A DNA stretch of 16,704 nucleotides, from assembly GCA_041739675.1 (NCBI GenBank), contig JBGSNL010000004.1, positions 1 to 16,704 of the forward strand, in the 5' to 3' direction. Of this stretch, positions 10,896-16,704 are shown piece after piece. This DNA is from a bacterium (lineage in GTDB: Bacteria > UBA10199 > 2-02-FULL-44-16 > DYJF01). Each line of letters opens with the position of its first letter. Positions within the stretch are counted from its first letter, which is position 1. Both the position numbers and the translations under genes were made by a program. The notes under the pieces are model-generated. The model ran no database searches and was not told where the DNA came from. It worked only from the letters and a program-made list of their open reading frames with translations.

Positions 10896-10951
10896 AATTG
10901 CAATAATATCGCCGCCGATTTCGCATACCAGTCTCGTAGGGATTGAACTTC

Positions 10952-11009
10952 TAGCTTGCGCGCCGCACACGCATACGCTAAGCCCTCGCGTGGGGTTGAG
11001 GAGGAAACC
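10952..11009 (+). promoter_or_regulatory. Upstream region of array gene 1, homologous to the upstream region of array gene 2
   Basis: GCTTGC-N10-CGCATACGCTAAGC..CGCG.GGGG.TTG followed by a GAGGAGG SD. It aligns with 12322-12368. Confidence 0.55.
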
Positions 11010-12302
11010 ATGCTAGCAGCGGGAGACGAAGCAGGCAGGATTGGAAGAAGTTCACATCAAACTTCGGCACGGACAATGTCTGCGTCGGCACGCGACGATA
11101 CCGGTAGGCGCATGCCAGACCATTATAGGCGAGTCGTGAAAGATGTCGTCTCCTACCTACGCCGTTACGGTGCGACTAGTTCAACGTTTCCACCCAATCC
11201 CCTTGTGCAACTGCCTCCTACACACTTTTTTGATCAATTCTACAAATCGAGTTATAGGAAAATCGAAGCTGAAAGCGGCGCCGTGCTTCGCCTCAACAAA
11301 GGGACAAACAGTGTAGTGGTTATGGGAAATCTTTACGATGTGGCCGGCCTTATTCAAATGCCTTACGAAGAGGATTGGAACGATTTCAAGGTTCCCGTAT
11401 TCGGCTCATCTGTAGGCGCCGTCGCTTCGTTAATTGAATATCATGCTCTTACCGACGAGCTCGCGCGGCGATTTGGAGGACCAAATTTTCTTTTTCAGTC
11501 GGCCCACTATAGATCAGCCGACTATAGATCACGTAGTGTATGGGCCGTTGAAATTACCGAGCGAAGTTCACCAAGAAAACCGCCCGACATGGAGCGCTTC
11601 ATCGAACGGTTCAGGTCAAGTCCTCAGCGACTTATCGAACTTAAAACGGAAGAACCAATCGGAGCGTTAACTCATCTCCTCAAGACAGAAGGCGGTAAAA
11701 ATGCCACCCATATTATGCACCTGCTTAGGGAACCGCCGCGCGGGTATTTGGCCAATCAATATACTGATAATGATAACCGATCTGTGTGGGACAGCGCCGG
11801 CTTCTTGCTTAACAGCAACGGTGACGTGACATCTGTCGTGCTCCGTTTTTCTGAGGGCGCACGGAGTGGCCATCAGTTCATAATTACCAGGGAGGTCGCT
11901 CTCTTCGGAGAAGTGAGCGGCGGAAAAATAATCTGGAGCGCGCCGAACATTGGTTCCGATGTCGATGGAAAGGCGTTATTCGAAAGCTACCGCGCCACCA
12001 TTACCAGAATTTTTGCCGGCAATGTCCGTCATTCCTTTGAAGAGTCTCCTCCCTCCGAACCGTCTTCAGGAGCGGCTCAAGGTTCGAGTGTGACCGGACT
12101 CGCTGAAGATACCGGCGAAACAATCGGCGGCGCGAATGTCATGGGTGCTGCAGATGTACATCGCGCGACGCGCGGCACCGCGGGAAGAACCCAAAGAAGA
12201 TTCGGACACACGCAGCTCGCCGGCGCCAGAGCGGCAATCCGCACACCCACACTCCGCCCGGTGGCGTCTCCTATCGCAGGACGAACGACCGTAGTGCGTT
12301 AA
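11010..12302 (+). CDS. Array gene 1: hypothetical protein (430 aa) with the shared C-terminal module
   Basis: GAGGAGG SD before ATG 11010 (MLAAGDE...). No recognisable domain or signal peptide. Tail SSVTGLAEDTGETIGGAN...TVVR at 12084-12302. Confidence 0.88.
   Translation: MLAAGDEAGRIGRSSHQTSARTMSASARDDTGRRMPDHYRRVVKDVVSYLRRYGATSSTFPPNPLVQLPPTHFFDQFYKSSYRKIEAESGAVLRLNKGTNSVVVMGNLYDVAGLIQMPYEEDWNDFKVPVFGSSVGAVASLIEYHALTDELARRFGGPNFLFQSAHYRSADYRSRSVWAVEITERSSPRKPPDMERFIERFRSSPQRLIELKTEEPIGALTHLLKTEGGKNATHIMHLLREPPRGYLANQYTDNDNRSVWDSAGFLLNSNGDVTSVVLRFSEGARSGHQFIITREVALFGEVSGGKIIWSAPNIGSDVDGKALFESYRATITRIFAGNVRHSFEESPPSEPSSGAAQGSSVTGLAEDTGETIGGANVMGAADVHRATRGTAGRTQRRFGHTQLAGARAAIRTPTLRPVASPIAGRTTVVR
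12084..12302 (+). repeat. Shared C-terminal module, copy 1
   Basis: Aligns with 13176-13397, 15073-15291 and 16674-16704. Confidence 0.92.
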
Positions 12303-12319
12303 AGGCCGCTCTCTGATTT

Positions 12320-12347
12320 TTGCTTGCCCTGAAACCGCGCATATACT
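12320..12347 (+). promoter_or_regulatory. Possible sigma70-type promoter of array gene 2
   Basis: TTGCTT-N16-TATACT. The equivalent position upstream of gene 1 reads TAGCTT-N16-TACGCT. Confidence 0.5.
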
Positions 12348-12374
12348 AAGCATCCGCGCGGGGGATTGGGCCCA

Positions 12375-12412
12375 GCCCGCCACGCGAGCCTCGCTCGCGA
12401 GGCGAGGCGGGC
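12375..12412. repeat. 38-nt palindromic element in the leader of array gene 2
   Basis: An outer GCCCGCC...GGCGGGC stem encloses GCCTCGC-TC-GCGAGGC or, alternatively, CGCGAGC-CTC-GCTCGCG. The element is absent from the homologous leader of gene 1. Confidence 0.7.
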
Positions 12413-12425
12413 GGGGAGGAAGATT

Positions 12426-13397
12426 ATGATAGCAGCGGGAGAGGGACCGAACGGGATAGGAAACGGTTTACCGCCACACGGTCAGTTTGAGCCGCTCGAC
12501 TTCGGTGAAGAGATTGTACCAACAAGACAATTCATTGACAGCGAAGGAAGGACATTGTCGCCTGCCCGGCTTCAAAACCCGGGTCTTGATAGAAATTTGC
12601 ATTCCGAAGTCTCCATGGCTCGGCGTATAGTATACAGAGTCAGGACCGTTCTGGCCGGATGGCGCAGATTTGATACAAACGATTTCCTGCCGGTCCGTTC
12701 CGCCGGCGGTTCGAATATTGAATACAGGATTCAACTCCACAGGCCCGATACGGAAAGCGAGGCGATGCGCATTGTTGTCAGGGGCAATTTCGACGATGCT
12801 TCCTTATTTCTTCAGTTACTGACACGCAGAGCCAATGTTGCAAGATGGGGGCGCGAAGAAATACGGGCGGACCTTGCCGAGCTCATTCGCAACGGAGAAT
12901 GGCTGGCGATGAGGGTGGCCGATTCAAAGCTGCATTTTTTCTTATTTCCGACCATTGATGAGAACGGCAGAAAATACGCGTTTTCAATCTGGTGGGATAC
13001 AGCCGATGGTTATCCTGTAACGTCGTCCACCGGTAAAGGTAAAATCCGCGGCGATTTCATAGAACGCACTGTCGGGCCGCGATCGCAAATGGATGACACC
13101 GCGTTCCAGCTTGCATTGAGAGACTTTCGCTCAGACATAACTCCTGCGCGCGGCACACCCTCTCCGGTTGCCAGTCCCAGTGTGACAGGTCTCGTCGGTG
13201 ACACCGGCGAGACGAGCGGCGGCGCAAATCTCGCAGGTGCAGCGCACGTACATCCAGCCACGCGCAGCACAGCGGGAAGAACCCAAAGACGCTACGGCCA
13301 TACTCAGCTCGCCGGCGCCTGTAGGGCGATACAGATCGGACAAGCAAGAACAACGATAGCATCCCCGGCCGCACGGCCAACAATGCCAGTTCGCTGA
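12426..13397 (+). CDS. Array gene 2: hypothetical protein (323 aa), diverged paralogue of gene 1, with the shared C-terminal module
   Basis: GGGAGG SD before ATG 12426 (MIAAGEG...). Tail PSVTGLVGDTGETSGGAN...MPVR. Confidence 0.88.
   Translation: MIAAGEGPNGIGNGLPPHGQFEPLDFGEEIVPTRQFIDSEGRTLSPARLQNPGLDRNLHSEVSMARRIVYRVRTVLAGWRRFDTNDFLPVRSAGGSNIEYRIQLHRPDTESEAMRIVVRGNFDDASLFLQLLTRRANVARWGREEIRADLAELIRNGEWLAMRVADSKLHFFLFPTIDENGRKYAFSIWWDTADGYPVTSSTGKGKIRGDFIERTVGPRSQMDDTAFQLALRDFRSDITPARGTPSPVASPSVTGLVGDTGETSGGANLAGAAHVHPATRSTAGRTQRRYGHTQLAGACRAIQIGQARTTIASPAARPTMPVR
13176..13397 (+). repeat. Shared C-terminal module, copy 2
   Basis: 38/47 aa identical to copy 1 from SVTG to QLAGA (manual count). 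Confidence 0.92.
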
Positions 13398-13590
13398 AAA
13401 TTAGGCAACGCGATCTCCGCAATAACTCGATATCTGCCGGCAACAACCGCTGATGCCGCTGTTATAATATTTTGCCATTCCCGCCATCGTAGAAACATCT
13501 AAACATCGCTACTTGCCACATGTTTGCCGTTGACGGCACAGCTCTCATAATATATAGCGCGACGAAATTACAAAAAAAAGGAGACAGACC

Positions 13591-15291
13591 ATGGGTGATC
13601 CACGTTTGGAATTGGCCAGGGCAATCGACCTCGACTCCCCTATATGGGAATACACGACTGCGGCGGATGCGGTGGATTTACTTCATTCGGCGTACGTCGA
13701 ATATGCTTATGATGTAAATGGAAGCGATCGCTTCCTCGGCACCATCCGGAAGTTGGAGGAAGATTTGGAAATGGACCCGCTTCCCCCAAGCCTCAGTGAT
13801 GCGGGCTCGCGCCGGCCGGAGGTGCTCGCCCGATACAACGAACTTCTTTTGCGCTCTTTGCCTCCTGCCGGTTCTCCTCGCAGAATGTTCATCGACTCGC
13901 TTGCGCAAAATTACCGGCACATGAGAACTGATCTTGCGGTACTCGACAGAGAGGCGCCGATATTCGGGTCAGCGCGCACAATCGTTTCCCATATCCTCGA
14001 CGCCAGATTGCAATCGGTGCACAGTGCAAACGAGGAACTGGATTTGCTGACAATGGCTCAGGGCTGGGACGGTCAGTTTGAGGTTAACTCACGGATGCTG
14101 TGGGCAGGCCTTCTGAGTTTATTGGAACATGGAAAGGAAGTTCTCATTCCTGCTGATGTGGAAAGACTGATACACGGAGTGTCACGTTTTGCTGGTATCG
14201 ATGCGTGGACGTCTTACATCGATGATACGCGAAATAGAACGGGACTTGAACTTGACGAGCAGGACGATCATGCGGAAAGATCCGAAGCCATAAGAATGTG
14301 GCTCGACAACTTTGTGGGCAACGCGAACTGGGAGAGCACCGGACATCAGGCTGCGAGAAACTCTTTGTATGTGATGCTCAAAGAGGGCCGCGCAGAAGCC
14401 GCGCGGTTGTATCTTCAGCTCGAACGGGAAGGGCTTGGCAGTAGCCGTCTGTGGGCGACCGTTCACATGGCAGCCTCCAATTACCGCCTCCTTGACGATA
14501 CATTGTTGTCCATTTTTGAGCTTATGAGACAAGACGCCCACTCCTCATTGGGATATGAGATGCAGGAATATCTGGACGTAAGTATCGCACTCTTCAACAC
14601 GCCCGCCCTCCTCGCGGCAATACAAAAATATCTGATACCGATAAATCAAAAACTTGCCGACAGGTCCTCGTCACGGGACCTCTGGCTGCGCGAAACTGAG
14701 GGTCTGGAATTCCTGACCGATTTTTATCAGAGGCTTCTCATCCAGAACGGCAAGCAAGGAGTCGACGAAAGACTCTTACGCATTTTTGCAACACAGGATA
14801 TCAACGACATCCGCGCGCGCCTTATACGGGACGTGATCAGCCTGGATGAAGCGGATCGTGATTCAAACAGCAAGGCGCTGGCGACGTTGGAGAATGAAAG
14901 CTTTGCCGAGATGCTGGACACCGAAGACCCGGCAACGTTCCCCTTTGAAAGATATACGGGGCTCATAAGCAGAAGGAGCCTGCCGCCAACGACGAACGGT
15001 GCTGCAGGCGCGAATGGAGCGACAAACGGGTCGACCCCTCCGCCCCCCTTTGCCGCAAGAAACGCGAGGGCCTCCACCGTGACCGGCCTCATTGAAAACA
15101 CGGGCGAGACAATCGGTGCAAATTTAGGAGTCGCCGCGCCATTATACCCGGGCACCCATCGTATCGCGCAACAAAGAGCGCATGGAGCCGGCCGCACACA
15201 GATCGCCGGCGCCCGTGCGGCAATCCAGACCAGACTGGCAAGGCCGGTCATAGCCACAACCGTGAGACCGGCGCAGATCGTAGTGCGTTGA
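13591..15291 (+). CDS. Array gene 3: hypothetical protein (566 aa, probably largely helical) with the shared C-terminal module
   Basis: AAGGAG SD and a long ORF. Linker LPPTTNGAAGANGATNGSTPPPP. Tail STVTGLIENTGETIGAN...IVVR. Confidence 0.9.
   Translation: MGDPRLELARAIDLDSPIWEYTTAADAVDLLHSAYVEYAYDVNGSDRFLGTIRKLEEDLEMDPLPPSLSDAGSRRPEVLARYNELLLRSLPPAGSPRRMFIDSLAQNYRHMRTDLAVLDREAPIFGSARTIVSHILDARLQSVHSANEELDLLTMAQGWDGQFEVNSRMLWAGLLSLLEHGKEVLIPADVERLIHGVSRFAGIDAWTSYIDDTRNRTGLELDEQDDHAERSEAIRMWLDNFVGNANWESTGHQAARNSLYVMLKEGRAEAARLYLQLEREGLGSSRLWATVHMAASNYRLLDDTLLSIFELMRQDAHSSLGYEMQEYLDVSIALFNTPALLAAIQKYLIPINQKLADRSSSRDLWLRETEGLEFLTDFYQRLLIQNGKQGVDERLLRIFATQDINDIRARLIRDVISLDEADRDSNSKALATLENESFAEMLDTEDPATFPFERYTGLISRRSLPPTTNGAAGANGATNGSTPPPPFAARNARASTVTGLIENTGETIGANLGVAAPLYPGTHRIAQQRAHGAGRTQIAGARAAIQTRLARPVIATTVRPAQIVVR
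15073..15291 (+). repeat. Shared C-terminal module, copy 3
   Basis: VTGL, TGETIG, AN, GRTQIAGARAAI and the terminal VVR are conserved relative to copy 1. Confidence 0.88.
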
Positions 15292-15313
15292 TCCAAGCCG
15301 TTTAATCCATAAT

Positions 15314-15342
15314 AAACGGGCCCCAAAGGGGCCCGTTTTTTT
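15314..15342 (+). terminator. Rho-independent terminator after array gene 3
   Basis: AAACGGGCCCC-AAA-GGGGCCCGTTT stem running into a T7 tract. Confidence 0.9.
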
Positions 15343-15395
15343 ATAGCAACTTTTTAAGAGCCGCGGCGATAAAGTGTCGAATACAAGGAGCACAC

Positions 15396-16704
15396 ATGTC
15401 CATTGCAGCGCTGGCTCGCCTGTTCAACATGACGCTTGACGTGGGCGACTACAGAGCGGAACTCGCCGCCAAATCCGGAAGAGTAGCAATGCCGGGCAGC
15501 GAAGAGGAACGAGAGCTCAACGCGCTCATCTCGCACTACGCCCTGAGTCTTTCCCAGGACCAAATTACGGAGCTCGCTAGAAACCCTTCCGCGCTTCCTT
15601 CTGCGCTTCGCGCCGGCTTCGGACGTTTCCTTTCGGATCCCGCAAACTATCCCACCGCGTCGTCAACACATGCGCTCGTTCTCATGCGGTCTCTGATCGC
15701 TGAGTACGAAAGACTCGCCGATTTCATTCAGACAAAAATTGTCTCGCGGAGCGGACGCGCAACCGCGGCACAAAAACGCGAACTTTTGGCCTTCAAGTCC
15801 GCCGCGCTGGCCATCGTGAAATCCGTATCGACCGTCGAACTCCAAAATCCGGAGCTCAACACGCTCTCCAATATAGCGAAACTCGCCTTTTCCGATGATT
15901 TCAGCCGGATCGGACTTGGAATGATGCTCATGATCTCGAACCCGGACGGTTTGAACCCCGGATTTCAACGTTACCTTGCGGGGCTTCCCGCGGAGGTAAG
16001 GTCGTTCGATCATGCCGAGTGGAGAAGAGGTCTCAAGAAGCTGGAAAGAATCGCGCGGAAGGCCGGCGACATGCCACGCTTTCATGATATCTGGGCTGCA
16101 ACCTTCTCGCTGCTCCCGAAGACAAGGATGAAACCTGAAAATTTCCGGTTGATACTGCGCGGCCCGCCAACGCCTGAAATGTTGATAAACGGCAGTCCTC
16201 AGGAATTAGACGCGAGCGACGCGAGGAGAAGATCGATCATCGTCGTTTTGGGCGACGGCGAGCACGAGCTAGCCACGCGCTTCATGACCTACATGGCTGC
16301 GCGACGGGCTGGGCTGGGCCTTCTGGACGGAATCATCCACGCTGCAGCCAGTAGACCGCTCAAGAACGTGAGCCGTGAACTTGTTTTGAAAGCAATGGCG
16401 GAGCTGGAAGATCTGACAAATTTCAGAAGGGCCGACTTGAGGAACGCGCTCTTTCTATCCGCCAGACGCATATGGCATTTCATAAGACCGCTGCTCGACA
16501 AAGGCGAAGCAATGGCAATGACATCGGCCCCTTCCGCCGACGCATATCTCACGGACTATTATAATAGGAAGGGGGAAAAAGGCGGGAACCGCGGCGGGGC
16601 TGCTTCGCCCGCAGGATCGCGCGGGCCTTCGAGTCCGGCCCCCCGCTCCTCATCCGGGTCCGCGGGCGCGCAAAGCTCCGTCACCGGGGTGTTCGACACG
16701 GGCG
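15396..16704 (+). CDS. Array gene 4: hypothetical protein (>436 aa), truncated by the window edge at the start of the shared C-terminal module
   Basis: Not in the ORF track. AAGGAG SD and ATG at 15396 (MSIAALARLFNMTLDVGDYRAELAAK...). My translation finds no stop and ends ...GGAASPAGSRGPSSPAPRSSSGSAGAQSSVTGVFDTG. Confidence 0.88.
   Translation, partial: MSIAALARLFNMTLDVGDYRAELAAKSGRVAMPGSEEERELNALISHYALSLSQDQITELARNPSALPSALRAGFGRFLSDPANYPTASSTHALVLMRSLIAEYERLADFIQTKIVSRSGRATAAQKRELLAFKSAALAIVKSVSTVELQNPELNTLSNIAKLAFSDDFSRIGLGMMLMISNPDGLNPGFQRYLAGLPAEVRSFDHAEWRRGLKKLERIARKAGDMPRFHDIWAATFSLLPKTRMKPENFRLILRGPPTPEMLINGSPQELDASDARRRSIIVVLGDGEHELATRFMTYMAARRAGLGLLDGIIHAAASRPLKNVSRELVLKAMAELEDLTNFRRADLRNALFLSARRIWHFIRPLLDKGEAMAMTSAPSADAYLTDYYNRKGEKGGNRGGAASPAGSRGPSSPAPRSSSGSAGAQSSVTGVFDTG

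Noticed and set aside
10956..11009. Upstream alternative starts given by the ORF track (10956, 12366, 1238, 832, 9364)
   Set aside because: Downstream ATGs fit better with SD or promoter position, gene spacing, and the matching MLAAG/MIAAG N-termini.
10621..11016. ORFs 10621..11016 (+) and 10704..10970 (-)
   Set aside because: Both overlap the lipoprotein gene start, and the + ORF also overlaps the gene 1 start. They run across the inverted repeat and promoter candidates and have no recognisable protein features.
13401..13498. Small minus-strand ORFs between array genes 2 and 3 as possible immunity or peptide genes
   Set aside because: They are short, antisense to the array, and have no convincing SD or recognisable features.
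15346..15372. Sigma28-like -10 box (GGCGATAA) upstream of array gene 4
   Set aside because: It has one mismatch to GCCGATAA and no TAAA -35 at the expected spacing, so it is too weak to call.
12084..16704. The repeated tails read as a CRISPR array, integron attC sites or DGR template/variable repeats
   Set aside because: The repeats are in-frame coding sequence, about 220 nt long, and differ largely at synonymous positions in all bases rather than specifically at adenines. No cas, integrase or reverse transcriptase gene is in the window.

Overview
Bacterial genomic DNA. The gene content suggests a deltaproteobacterial-type or Myxococcota-related organism (inference only). The left two-thirds (1-10731) is mostly recognisable: a partial endonuclease III-like HhH-GPD gene coupled to a small VegA-like double CCCH protein, a membrane-anchored hypothetical, a REC+HD-GYP regulator, a CruF/DUF422-like membrane protein, and a long minus-strand block (lipoprotein-mlaE-mlaF-mlaD, then prkA/yeaG-yeaH-spoVR). 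The right third (11010-16704) is the unusual part. It holds a tandem array of at least four co-oriented genes with bodies I cannot assign to any family. Each body is followed by a Pro/Ser/Gly linker and then a shared C-terminal module of about 72 aa (SVTGL..DTGET.G.AN...G.TQ(L/I)AGA..AI...VR-stop). The fourth gene is absent from the ORF track because it runs off the window just as the module begins. The architecture looks like a family of cargo or effector proteins with a common C-terminal targeting signal. A long imperfect inverted repeat (about 120-155 nt) lies just upstream of the array, and several short palindromic elements occur in intergenic regions and leaders.
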